A stretch of 64,000 nt of DNA from Octopus bimaculoides (GCF_001194135.2 NC_068982.1:70109244-70173243), one strand, 5' to 3'. Shown: positions 25,596-38,723, counted from the first letter of the stretch. A program made the numbers and translations. The notes: generated from the letters alone by a model not told the origin.

Positions 25596-25846
25596 TTACT
25601 AGTACTACTACTACTTTGTGAAACTAAATATCATTATCTCTTCTAAGTTCTATGTCATTAAAATAAATCAAACAACTTATATTTCTGACAGCTAAAGTTA
25701 AAATTTAATACCATATCATATAAAAAATTACTCAATTCAAAAAAACACTAGTTAAAGCAATTGAACTGCAAGTAATTTACTGAGAGAAAAATTAGAACTA
25801 CTCAAACACAAAAGATAAAAGTGGGCTATTCTAAAAAGGAACTTAC

Positions 25847-25901
25847 TTTCTCTCAGTTTTCTTCACATCAAGAACTCTTCCACTGCTGCTTGAGTTTGAA
25901 T
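25847..25901 (-). CDS. Host gene exon 4: (N)SNSSSSGRVLDVKKTER
   Basis: Acceptor tcgtcttgaatttcag, donor AA|gtaagt; 55 nt, phase 1 to 2. Confidence 0.85.
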
Positions 25902-26025
25902 CTGAAATTCAAGACGACAAAAGAAATAAGGTGAAAGATTATCTATAGAGGTCTTATAATTGTTCATCACCACCACTACCACCAGCATTAAAAAATGTCA
26001 GTTAAAATGTAATATATAACCCCGT

Positions 26026-26597
26026 TTAACCCTTTAGCATTCAGATTACTCTGTCAAACATAATGCCTGTTTATTCACATTGTTTTGAATTAATCAGGCA
26101 TGGCTATGTGGTAAGAAGCTTGCTTCCCAACCACATGGTTCCGGATTCAGTCCTACTGTCTGGCACTTTGGGCAAGTGTCTTTTACTATAGCCTCAGGCC
26201 AACCAAAGCCTTGTGAATGGATTTGGTAGATGTAAAGAAAGAAGCACAGCATGCACACATGTGTGTGTGTGTCTTTGCATCAGTGTTTGTTCCCCTGCCA
26301 CCGCTTAACAACTGGCATTGGTGTGTTTGGGCTCCCCATAACTTAGTGATTTGGCAAAAGAGACCGATAGAATAAGTACCAGACTTTAAAAAAAAAGCAC
26401 TATGGTTGAGTCTAATGACTGAAACAAGTAAAAGAATAAAAGAATATCCTTTGGCTTTGAGATTTCAATGACGTGATTACCTAATTTTAGAAAGATTTTG
26501 TCGGGTAGATGTGAGAGGCTGAATCTGGCCAGTTTTTAACATAAAGCAGGTTGAATATTTGAGCCAGATATGGCTGGTTTAAATGCTAAAGGGTTAA
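26026..26597 (-). mobile_element. MITE family A (reverse) interrupted by a full SINE family 1 copy at about 26095-26445 (+)
   Basis: ttaa-ccctttagcattcag ... aaatgctaaaggg-ttaa; the two halves join to match uninterrupted 17103-17330. Insert has head tggctatgtggtaagaagcttgcttcccaaccacatggttccggattcagtcc and tail gactgaaacaagtaaaagaataaaaga. Confidence 0.85.
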
Positions 26598-27139
26598 TAT
26601 AATAATAATATGAATTGGTGGATGGATGGCGATTACATTAGATGTATCCCTTTTGATACCACTCAGATCAAGACCACCTCTGGTTCTATACAAACTTCCT
26701 GTTTTAAAGGAACAATCTTTTTAAACCATTGGTTCTGAAGAGGGTTGCAATGAAGACAATAATGCAAAATGTGGCAACAGAGGAGTATCCAGGAGTCATG
26801 ACTTGGATGCAGCCTGGTCCCCTGAGAGGGCTGGAACGCTTGCATGAAGAAGTCTTCTGTTATCCAGCTCTCTCAGGAATTTCTTACAACCCTAAGCAAA
26901 TGTTAGTTGAACATTCTCCAGGTTAAAATACCAGTCTAATATATGTAAAATTTCCAATAGATTCAATACCTATCCATCACATCTCAGTGGGTTGTAATAT
27001 GAAAAAGTGGTTATCTCACAACCACTTAACAATAGTGAATCAAAATCTAAACACTAGCTTCATAATGGCTGGTGGTTATGTTCTACAATAAAACACCTGA
27101 GGCAAATATGAGAAGATATAGTCTTACACTCAGTATTTC

Positions 27140-27338
27140 TTATTTTGTTTTGGTCACTGGACAGCTGCCATGCTGGGGCACCACTTTGAACAGTTCAGTT
27201 GAACAAATCAACCCCAGTACTAATGTGCTTTTATGTCTATCAGTCTCTTTTGCCAAAATGCTAAGTTTAAGGGATGTAAACAATCCTACAATGGCCATTA
27301 AGTGGAGGGGATAGCAAACACAGACACATATGCACAGT

Positions 27339-27376
<38 letters not shown>

Positions 27377-27386
27377 NNNNNNNNNN

Positions 27387-27425
<39 letters not shown>

Positions 27426-27605
27426 GTATTATATACTCGCATACACACAAACAGGCTTCCACACAGTTGCCATCTACCAAATTCACTCAAAGTGCATTAG
27501 TTAGCCCAAGGCTATATAGTAGAAGACACTTGCCCAAGGTACTGCACTATGAGATGGAATCTAAAACCATATGGTTGCAAAGCAAGTTTCTTAACCACAC
27601 AGTTA
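27140..27605 (-). mobile_element. SINE family 1 copy with internal (TA)n and N gap
   Basis: Reverse-complement homology to 26095-26445; N run at 27377-27386. Confidence 0.8.
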
Positions 27606-29210
27606 TATCTAAAGAATTTAGTGAAGTAACTTTGTCGTTATTAAGCTGGTGTTTGAAACACAAATTGACACAAGATTTTGATGTTAGTTTTTTTTAAATT
27701 TAGATCACTTGAAAACATTAATTAATTTAGAATCATGATACTAAATTTTTCATTATTTTAATGACTGAAAGACAGGTAGTATATTTCAGCAGAAATATAT
27801 AACAAATGGGTTTAAATTAAAATCTATCAAGATTCCATGTTAAATCTGTTCTAAATACCAGTTTAATAATGAAATTAATTGAAATATGTATTTTCAACAT
27901 CAATATGGTAACAAATGGGTTAAGTCACTAATTATCACTGAATAGTTTAATATTCACAGAATCTCATGTAATGTGAATGACACATTGCATTTAGTCAGGT
28001 ACATCATAATCTCATTATAAAATCTGTCTATACATTTGTTCATGCTTAATGTTCAAATGGAAACATAGAAAACTATGAACATACTACAAAAAAAAAAAAA
28101 GAATTGTTGCTGTAGTAACATATTAAATTACATTAATGTTTTTTACTCCAGTTTTACAACAAAAGAAAAAAAATGCAAAGAACTAAACTGTATTGCATTG
28201 GAAACTGATGAGTATGCTTAAACGACATGAAAAAATAAATATTTAGCTATATTATTTCAGTGAATTTCAGTAGCTTCATGTGACAGAGCTTAATACAAAT
28301 ATTTCTAAACATCAAACCACTTCTATTGCACAAAGGTGAAAAAAGCAACAATGGTTCCATTATCCTCTTCTTCATTATCATTGACATTTGTTTTCCATGC
28401 TGGCATGGGTTGGACAGTTTGACAAGTTCTGACAAGCCAAAGAGCTGTGTCAGGCCCCAGTGTCAGCTTTCAAATGGTTTCTACAACTGGATGTGTCTTC
28501 TAACTCTGACCATTTTACAATGTGTATTGGTTCTCTGTTCTTTTTATGACACTGGCAACAGTAAAGTTGCTGAGTAACTTGCATGACAAAGTAAAGAAAG
28601 GAAAAGGGAAAAGCTTTCTTCAGTTAAGTGGGACATGTATTTGAGAGGTGGGGCAATGGCTTTGTACCAGGTTGAAGGCTAAAGTACGATACAGGGACAG
28701 AACAGGTATGTCCCTATAGAGTAAATATGAGTACATGGCTACTTCATATTATGTGAAGGTGGGTAAGTGTAGCTCAGAAGATAAAAACAGTGGTGACAGT
28801 CCGTGAGTGTTCTCTCAAGGTAAAAGAAGGCTAGTATAAGGGAGAATATAAACTGTGGATCGAGAAGAAAGGAAAGGGCAAGTAATTTCGTAACTGTTTG
28901 TAAGCTAAGACAAAGATGTAGGGAAAATTAAACAATAGATATATTATATACAAATTGATCCCTTGTTTGTAGTTGCAATGCCTGAGTCAAACAACTAACT
29001 ATTAAAAGAGTGTGCTTTTTATGTTTTCTTTTTTCCTTGTTATTTAGAGTTATTTCACACAATCATTGTATTATATGAACAACTGTATGACTGAAATTTG
29101 TAACACATAGCTATGCAAAACATTTATTTTTGCATCACTCCATTACCATATTACTATACATACACACCTATATACATAAACACATGCATATACATATGCA
29201 CATATATATA

Positions 29211-30496
29211 TATTGGGTCATCCTATAAATAAAGCAGTTTTTTCAAATGCATGAACTAAAAGTCAGAGGGGGACAGGATAAACTACCTGCATCAACTTGC
29301 TATAGAAGCAGGTAGTAATTTTACCTTGTGCTTATTCTTACTCCAAGTTTTGAAGAGTGCAGTTCAAGTTTAGCAGTTATTTTTTCAAAGATATAAAGGA
29401 AATGACAAAGGAGCATATTCTGCATATTTTGCAACACAACAGAAAGGCAACAATGCAACAGAAAGTGCAAGGAATATTAATGCAGTCTATGAGGATCGGA
29501 CAATAAGCGTAAGCCAGTGTCGACAGTGGTTCCAGAAATTCCGAGCTGGAAACTACAGCCCAGAAGATGAGCCACATTCTGGAAGATCTGCAGAGCTCAA
29601 TGAGGATGTCCTGCAAACCCTGGTGGAACAAAATCCCACCATAGCTGTTAACAAACTAGCAAAGAAGCTTCAATTTGGTCATTCAACCATTCATCGACAC
29701 CTGTGTGCTATCGGAAAAGTCAGCAAATTAGGTCAATGGGTTCCTCATAAACTTTCTGAGTCTAATCGCGTGCAGAGAGTGAACATGTGCTCTTCTTTGC
29801 TGTCATACCTCACGAATGAACCTTTTTTGGACTGAATAGTGATTGGTGACAAGAAATGAGTTCTCTATAAAAATATCAAGCACCAAAGACAGTGGGTAGG
29901 GAAAGGAGAAACACTGGCATCCCAGACTAAAGAAGGTCTTCACCCACATAAGGTGGTGTTGTCTGTTTGGTGGAATATGAAAGGTTTAGTCCACTTTGAA
30001 CTTTTAAACCTAAACCAAATGATAACAAAGGAGATCTACTGTGAGCAGCTTGTGCAGCCTAAGTCAGTGGTAGAAGAAAAATGACCATCTTTGGTTTTAA
30101 GACAAAAGGTATTCTTCCATCAGGATAATGCTTGGCCACATACAGCAAGGATGACATTCCAAAGGCTGGAGCAGTTCGAATGGGAAATATGCCCCACCCA
30201 CCATATTTATCAGACATTGCCCCATCTGATTATCATTTATTCCGCAGTCTTCAAACTCATTTGGACAGAAAATATATAAATTCTGTAGACAAGGTCAGAA
30301 CAGTACTGTAGAAGTATTTTTCAACACAGACAAGTGAATTTTGGAACAGGGGCCTTGCAAGTCTACCAGAAAAATGGAAAAGCATTGTAGAAAATGAAGG
30401 AGAGTATATTTTAGATTAAAAAAGAACTTTCTTTATCTTAATTTTGAAAAATAAAAGAAGTATAAAAACCTGCATTATTTATGGGATGACCCAATA
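29211..30496 (+). mobile_element. Full-length mariner (D,D34D), inactivated, about 1.29 kb
   Basis: About 32-bp TIRs tattgggtcatcctataaataaagcagttttt / aaaaacctgcattatttatgggatgacccaata (3 mismatches) in TA runs. Motifs WVPHKL, IVIGDKK*, WWNMKG, HQDNAWPH, YQ/SDIAPSDYHLF, EGEYILD*; stops and frameshifts present. Confidence 0.97.
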
Positions 30497-30507
30497 TATA
30501 TATATAG

Positions 30508-30540
<33 letters not shown>

Positions 30541-30802
30541 GTCCAACTCAAACTAGCATGAAAAATGGACATTAAATGATGATGATGCCAATACAGACAA
30601 ATGCACACATTTTATTTATATAGTTATTTATATTTATACGTAGACACACAGATATATATATAAACACACATACACACAGAAAAGAAAACACAAGAGGATT
30701 TGTGTGTGTGTGTGTGTGTGTGTGTGTATCTGTATGTACAAGTGTGTGTGGTGATTGAATGGTGCAAAAATAAACATTGCTATAACTCTGTGTATGTGTG
30801 TT

Positions 30803-30879
<77 letters not shown>

Positions 30880-31694
30880 GCTCCAGCATTTTTCAATGCA
30901 TATTAGATGAATTGAACACAATATAATATCCCTCAATGACAACAAAAAAGCACATCAGTAAAGCTTTTGATTCCATTTCTCATTATTCATTCAATATATA
31001 GCTTTTGATGCCATTTCTCACTACCAATTCAATGTGTACACACAAAAACACACTCTCGTGTGTGTGTGTGTGTACTTTAAATTTCCCCTTCAAAAAAAAA
31101 ACAACAACTTTTTGTGAAAACACTAAATGATAGCTATTCAACTAGCACTAAGGTTATCATGTCTGGCTATTAAGTTACAGCTACACCATTCAAATCTATG
31201 GCTTCTCAAACAAAATCAGTTATACAATGGTCTGCACGTACAATGCCAGAACTCAATACACACACACACACACACACAATAACATCTTACAGCAAACAGG
31301 ACACAGCTGCACACCAAATCTAAACATTGTTAAACATTAACCTAACACACATATACATATGGCAAAATCTTAAGCATCACCTACAATACAACAGAGTATA
31401 ATGCCAAAAATGAAAAGATGAAACATGATGAGCAACCACCAGTACAACTTATGGACAAAATAACAAAAAACACAGTGTTATTTCACAAACAGTACTTCTA
31501 GTTTATCCTTGACTCACCTTGTCAAACATTTTGTCAAAAAAAAAAAAAACAATAAATTTCAAACTATTAAAAACAATGGGTCTGCACACGGCAAGTCGCA
31601 CATTCATACATACATACACACACCAAGACTTAGATAACAAAACCAAAGAACTGAGATGTACAGATGTAACTTATGACCACAATCTGTTCAAAAC

Positions 31695-32098
31695 TATTCT
31701 TTTACTTGTTTCAGTCATCTGACTGTGGCCATGAAGGGTTTTAGTTGAACAAATTGACCCCAGGGCTTATTTTTTTTTGCAAGCCTAACACTTATCTTAT
31801 CAGCTTCTTTTGCCAAACCACTAAGTTACGGGGACATAAGCACACCTACACTGGTTGTCAAGCGATGGTGGAGGGACACACAGGCACAGACACAAACACA
31901 CACATACATATATATATGTGCATATATATACAATGGGCTTCTTTCAGTTTCTTTCTACCAAATCCACTCACAAGGCTGTGGTCGGGTCATGGCTATAGTA
32001 GAAGACACTTGCCCAAGGCGTCACACTGTGGGACTGGATCCAGAACCATGTGATTGGAAAGCAAGCTTCTTACCACACAGCCATGCTTATGCCTATGC
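31695..32098 (-). mobile_element. SINE family 1 copy
   Basis: tattcttttacttgtttcagtcat (tail) ... accacacagccatgc (head), reverse complement. Confidence 0.85.
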
Positions 32099-32864
32099 AG
32101 ACTTTTCTAAACTTAGCCTATCACAGAAAAAAAAAGAAAAAAACATTCAAACAGTAAATCACAAAGACAAGATACTTCTAAATTCATCCTCTCTCTTTTC
32201 TGTTTTCCTTCAGATATTAGGGTTATCATACAGCCTTAGCCTTACAAGTTACACTAGTGCTGATGCCATGGAAAAAAGCATTCAGTACATGCTGTAAAAT
32301 AGGTGACATTACAAAGGGTGTTCAACCATAGAAATAACACCAAAGCAAACACTAGAGTATGTCTGCAACCCATGCCAGCATGGAAGCCAGACATTAAATG
32401 GTGATGATGGTGATTACCTCCCCAGCTGATTCTCATCAAGAATTACAGATCAACAGCTACAAACTGTATGCAGAACATCAGTTTAACCTCCCACCTCCAC
32501 CCCAAATATTAATCCTTTGTGAACCATGGTGGGGAGGAGGAAGGAGGTCAATGTTGGTAGTAGTTTCTGTGGGAATAAGCATTTGAAAGATAAACTCTCT
32601 CCATAAAAAAAAAAAATCCAAGTGGCTAAAAAAAAATATCTTTGCAATAAATCTGGTGCAACAGGTTTTCTTGTGCACCAGTCAAAATTCATTATACCAA
32701 TGGACACTGCTACTACCAAAAGAACAACTTGAAAACATAAAAATCAAACAGGATAGTGAATTGAATAGAAGAATATTAAGACTGTCAAAATAATTCTTCC
32801 ACAATCAAACACGGTTTATATGACAATAAATATAAATATATATATATGCACACACACATATATA

Positions 32865-32903
<39 letters not shown>

Positions 32904-32904
32904 A

Positions 32905-34119
32905 TATAAGGTTGAATCACATTAAATGTAGCATTTTGGATTATTTATTATTTCAGTCATTTAAACACTCAATTAATCTTGACTCTTTTTCTTTCTAAAC
33001 AATATTGGTATACAAAATTCGTACCCACAGACCTTACAAAAATGATAACAACCAAACTATGTTGAGTGATTTTCTTGTATGAGTACAAACTGGGTCACTC
33101 TGCTGCAGAAGCTCTACGGAATATTAAGCGGGACTTTGGTAATGGTTTTGTTGACATCAGAACTGTTCAGAGATGGTTCTAAAGATCTCATTCAGGAGAT
33201 GATAGCCTTGAAAATGAATCAAGGGGGAGGCCAAAATCAGTTACTTGGCATGATGGATTAAATGCTTTGGTTGAACAAAATCCAAGAACAACGGTCCAAA
33301 AACTTTCATCACAACTCCAAGCATCTCGCACAACTGTTTCTTGACACTTGGAAAAAATTGGAAAAGCCAAGAAAATGGATAGGTTTGTTCCACAACTGAA
33401 TACGATTCAAGAAAACAGGCACCTCGAAGTGTGCTTTGTATTGCTTTCTTGACTGGAAAAAGAACCATTTTTGCATCAAATCATGTGATGAGAAATGGAT
33501 ACTCTTTGACAACAGTAGGAGAACAGGACAGTGATTAGATGTAGGAGAACCACCTAAATACTACCCAAAACCACCATTGCACCCTAAAGAGTAGGTGGTC
33601 TGCGAAGGGGGTTATTCATTATTCATTTTCGCAACTAGGAAAAACAGTAACAGCAACATTGTATTGCCAAGTAATTGTGTGCATGAGAATTTGAAAAAGA
33701 AGCAACCCAGACTAGTGAACAGAGATGACTCAATTTTGCTCCACAACAATACACATCCCTACACTTTGCAAGATATGGTCCAAAATTTGCAAAGCCTGAA
33801 TTATGAGATTTTACATCTTCCCTATTCCCCTGATATCTCTCTTACTGATTATCACTTATTTAAGCATTTTGAGCTTTTCATATGCAATAAAACATTCTTA
33901 AATAGAAAAGAGGTAACTGAAGCATTCAGACAGTTTATCACAGCAAAAGATGAATTTTTTTTTAAAGATGGAATATATGACTTAGAGAAACATTGGGTTG
34001 GATAAAGGTCATAAATGGACATGGACTATAATATAATTAAATAAATCAGTTCTCTAACACTTCTGAAACATTTTATTATTACCTTTCAAATATGACATTT
34101 CATGTGTGACAACCTAATA
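32905..34119 (+). mobile_element. Second full-length mariner, different subfamily, more decayed
   Basis: Imperfect TIRs tataaggttgaatcacattaaatgtagca / tatgacatttcatgtgtgacaacctaata (21/29). From ATG 33042: FLYEYKLGHSAAEALRNI...GRPKS...DEKWILFDN...LLHNNTHP...PYSPDISLTDYHLFKH. Confidence 0.92.
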
Positions 34120-36233
34120 CACATATTATGTAATAGTTGTAAACAAGTGTTATCATAATACAGTAGTGTCTTTCATTTTCAATCTTCCATGAAAACATGT
34201 TCAACCATGGGTAAATATCATCTTACAAGCAAACAGGAGAAAGTTGGTAATAGGAAGGGTATCTAGCCATAGAAAATTTGCCTTAACAAGTCCAATTTAT
34301 GCCAGCATGGAAAAGTGAGCATTAAAATAATGATGGCAATTGTATATATATATTTTATTTACATAATTATATAATTGAATGCCACGCATCCATTTCCAAG
34401 TAAGTTTATCTATATATATATATATAAAATTGCCATCATCATCCTTTAATTCACTTCTCCATGCTGATATCTTATGGCTGGATGCCCTTCCTGTTGCCAA
34501 TCTTCACCTGCTTCCAAGCAAGATGATATTTTCCTATAGCTACATAAGTTTTCACAGAAGACTGGAAGCAAACAACTTTGCTCATGTGCTGATGAGGCTC
34601 ATTTACAACCACCACATGATGTCTAGACAAGAGTACATGCAAATATATGCACACACATATGTACATATATGATAGGCTTCTTCCATTCACTAAACCCACT
34701 CACAAGGCTTTTGTTGACCCAAAACTATAAAAGAAGACACTTGTTGAAGCTGCCATGCAGTGGAACTGAACCGAAGATAACATAGTTGATAAACAAACTT
34801 CTTTAACCACACAGCCACACACACACTTTGTTGACAGCCAGGTAAAAGAAAAAATATATAGTCAGCAGTTCATTGTTATTGTTATAAACAGATAAACAAG
34901 TTATATTATGAAAGAAATTGAACAACAATTTGGCAACAGATTAACATTCCATGGCAAAGTATAATTGTCTTAAGTACATTAGATTTATCTGGATTTATTC
35001 CAAGAGAAACAAATTTAAAGGAATAAAAAAAAAAGTTGGTCCAAGAGAAATAGTTAATTCTAACTATCCTAACACAACAGACAAATACCATTATTGAAAC
35101 TTGTTCTGGAGGAATTACGAAAATTAACCTTCACAATAAACAAAGGAATATTATCAGAAAAACAAACAAATAGTTTTGGTGTGATAGTTGATTCCAAAAT
35201 GACCAAATACAAATCTAAAAGAAAAACACTGGCAAACAACCAACTGTTTTTCTAAGTAATAACTTTGCAAAAATTTATTGATATCATCAATATGTTTGGT
35301 CTATTTCTCCATGTCGTTATGTTTTTACAGTAATTAGCTTTCTTTCAACTTGTCCCGATTCTCTCAGTATTCTTTCATCTTGGCTTTTAGTTACCATCAA
35401 CTAAGGTGGACACCATATTAGTCTTTTTATGTTCTTTCGTTCTATTTTTTTTTCTTCAAACAACAATATGATCCTTTTGTCTTGTTTTATCTTATTAACT
35501 CATATATATTCAAATATATTCATTGTTTAAAGCTTAGCATTCAACACATGAGAGACTTTGTATAAGTCAATTAGGCGTTGCAGACGTAACTGTGTAGTAA
35601 AGAAATTTGCTTTCAGTTCCACAAGTTTAGGCTCAGGCCCATTGTGTGGTACTTTGTGCAACAATCTTCTGCTATAGCACTCAGCTGACCAAAGCCTTGT
35701 GAATGAATTTAGCAAATGGAAACTGAAAGAAGCCTGTTATGTAAATTCACACACACACATGCACACACACAGAGGCAGGTGTTGTGTGTGTTTGTCTCCT
35801 TGTTTTGACATTATGTGTGTACCTGTTTATGTCTTCTTGTCCTGACATCTAGCGATAGTTGTAGATGAGTATCACTGTCAAACAAGCAGTGTCCATTCCC
35901 ACTCTACCATGAAAACATGTGAAGCTTGAGATAAATATTACCTTGTTTGGAAACAAGTGAGGGAGAGCAGCAGAAAGAATTTTCACCTGAACCATGCAAG
36001 CATGATGACAAAGATTCTCCTTTTATAAACCAATATATAAATCTCAGACAATATAATATTTAAAAATCTATGTTAAGATACCCTACTCACACAATGAAAT
36101 GTCATTGTGGCTATAGATGCACTCATTAAATATTGAAGACAATCTTAAAGGGTTTTTTTTTCCCCAGTCTGTCAAGCAACTTTTTCCTCGAATGTTAGTT
36201 ACAAATATCCAGATGTTTAAACAGTTACTACCA

Positions 36234-36660
36234 GCACAGGCATGGTTGTGTGGTTAAAAAGCTCATTTTGCAATCATGTGGTTTCAGGTTCAGCCTCACT
36301 GCACAGCACCTTAGGCAAATATCTGCTGAAGCCCTGGGTTGACCAAAGCCTTGTAAACGAACTTCGAAGATGGAAATTGTATGGAAGCCCACTGTGCTTT
36401 TGTGTGTGTGTGTGTGTGTATGTTTGTTTATGTGTATCTATGTTTGTCACCTCCCCCCCCACACACACACACACCACTTAACTATTGTTGATTTGTTTAC
36501 ATCCCTGTAGCTTAGTGCTTCAGCAATAGAGACCAATAGAATAAGTACCAGAATTATAAATGAGTGCTTGGGTCAATTTGTTTGGCTAAAACTCTTCAAG
36601 GAAGCACTCCAGCATGGTTGCTGTCCAATGATTCATACGAGTAAAAGATTAAAGATAAAA
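36234..36660 (+). mobile_element. SINE family 1 copy
   Basis: cacaggcatggttgtgtggttaaaaagctc head; gagtaaaagattaaaga tail. Confidence 0.8.
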
Positions 36661-36736
36661 CTGCTTTTCTTTTTTGTTTTTGTTTTTGTTTTTCTTCCTC
36701 CCTGAACTCGTCTGAGAATGTTTAGAATGCAGCTTT

Positions 36737-36965
36737 TTAACCCTTTAGCATTTAAACTGGCCATATTCAACCAAAATATTCTACCTGCTTTATATTCCAA
36801 ATGGCCAAATCTGGTTTCTCACACCTACCCTACAATGTCATTTAAAAAAATCAACAGTTGCCTCATCAAAATCTCATAGCTACAAGATAATACATGATTA
36901 CTACAAAAGAATGTGAAGAAGTACGTATTACTTTTGACAGAACAATGTGAATGCTAAAGGGTTAA
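36737..36965 (+). mobile_element. MITE family A copy
   Basis: ttaa-ccctttagcatt ... aatgctaaaggg-ttaa. Confidence 0.88.
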
Positions 36966-37059
36966 TAACTACAGATGCAGAAAGCAAATTCTGAAAGTGT
37001 AAGACCCAGTGTGGAAAAAAAAAAAATTATGAAATAGTGTAAAGGAAATATAAACGTAC

Positions 37060-37142
37060 TTCTCTCTTGCTTCATATCTCCAGTCTGATAACCTCCAAAA
37101 ACATGTTCTACAATAGCTTCTCTGATAGTTTTCTCCACAATG
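37060..37142 (-). CDS. Host gene exon 3: (S)IVEKTIREAIVEHVFGGYQTGDMKQER
   Basis: Acceptor tttttatcttttccag, donor A|gtacgt; 83 nt; reading it as phase 2 to 1 links both neighbouring exons in frame. Confidence 0.85.
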
Positions 37143-38020
37143 CTGGAAAAGATAAAAATTGGAGATATAAGAAAAAAAAATTGAATACCTAATTTTTAAA
37201 ACTAATCAAGACCAGTTTTCTTGTAAGGTATGTTGCTCCCGTTTTAGTGGGTAGGATACGAAATAAGACATTTGCAGAGTTTGCAGGGCAAATGGAAAAA
37301 AATGCATTCGAAATTTTCTAAATACACATTCACTCCAAATATTGGGTCCCGCTATCACAGAGGATCCCTTGTGATGAAAGCACATCCTTAACATAGTTAA
37401 GACTGCATCCTAATGACACCCTTCTCTGTAGGGACAAAAAATACCTTACAGCCCCACTCCAGTAACTATTGACACTCTACAAAACTCTGGTAGCACTCAT
37501 AATGGAACATTGCTTTTATATATGGGATGGTGTTGCTGCTGTACACACAGACATTCTAAACCACATCTCAAAAGGGGTTACCTGACTAATTGGCATAAAG
37601 TTACCCCGGCTTCTGACCAACAGGTGTGCTGTCTTTCTCTTTCTGCCTTCTCCACTGCTACTATAAAAAATTTTTTTCATATAAACAGAAATTGTGGGAC
37701 AATATGCTACCAAAATATGCTACCAAATATGCTACCAAAATAAATAGGAATTCTTAAAGTTTAAAGAACTTTTTAGTTTAAAATAGAATGTCATTGTTTC
37801 TACTGACAGATCCTGCAAACCCATGCAGATATAGAAAAAACAGACATGATGATGACAACAGTTCTAAATTATTATTTGATGAAAAAACTCAGCTTATTTT
37901 GCTGGGTATGATGGAAAGTGTCAGCTGTCCACAGCAAGCAGACTTACGTGACATTTGCTTACTGGTCATGCTTCAAGAACCCTGCAAAGAATTCTTGCAG
38001 TTCCAAACAATGCCAATTTG

Positions 38021-38070
<50 letters not shown>

Positions 38071-38072
<2 letters not shown>

Positions 38073-38690
38073 GGCAGTGAGCTGGCAGAATTGTTACCAT
38101 GCCAGGCAAAATGCTTAGTGGCATTTCGTCTGTCTTCACATTCCGAGTTCAAATTCCACTGAGGTCAACTTTGCCTTTCATCCTTCTGGAATTGATAAAA
38201 TCAGTGTCAGTTGAACACTGGGGTCGTTGTAATTGACTAATCCCTTCCCCCAAAATTGCTGCCCCTGTGGCAAAATTTGAAACCATTATTATTATTATTG
38301 TGCTTTTTCTTTCACTTTTGTTTCCATTTCTTGCTGAGTTTCTTCCTGACACCTGTTGTTGTTGATTTGACTCAGGTTCGTTCTTATTCCTAATAGAATT
38401 TATGTGGGTAGTGGGTTACTACCTGTAACCTTAGGCTTCCACAAGCTTTCAATAGTCTTTCAAGTGCTTAAAACCTGCCTCATAATCTTTCCTGTCCCTA
38501 AGAGGCAAACTTTCTGTAGAAGCTCTACAGGACATTCTATTCCAACCTCCTTCAACCATTTGTCTTTACTCACAGTTCCCAATGCACCAATTATTACAGG
38601 CAAAACCTTCAGTTTTCATACTTCAAATTCTTGCAATTGTAATCAACTCACACCCTCCCCTGAAATTGTTGGCCTTGTGCCAAACTTTGA

Positions 38691-38723
<33 letters not shown>

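Noticed and set aside
38290-38645. Dong-like LINE as the mobilising partner of SINE family 4
   Set aside because: Polarity is opposite: SINE tails are (ATT)n in their sense strand and Dong tails are (AAT)n, and no 3' tail sequence is shared.
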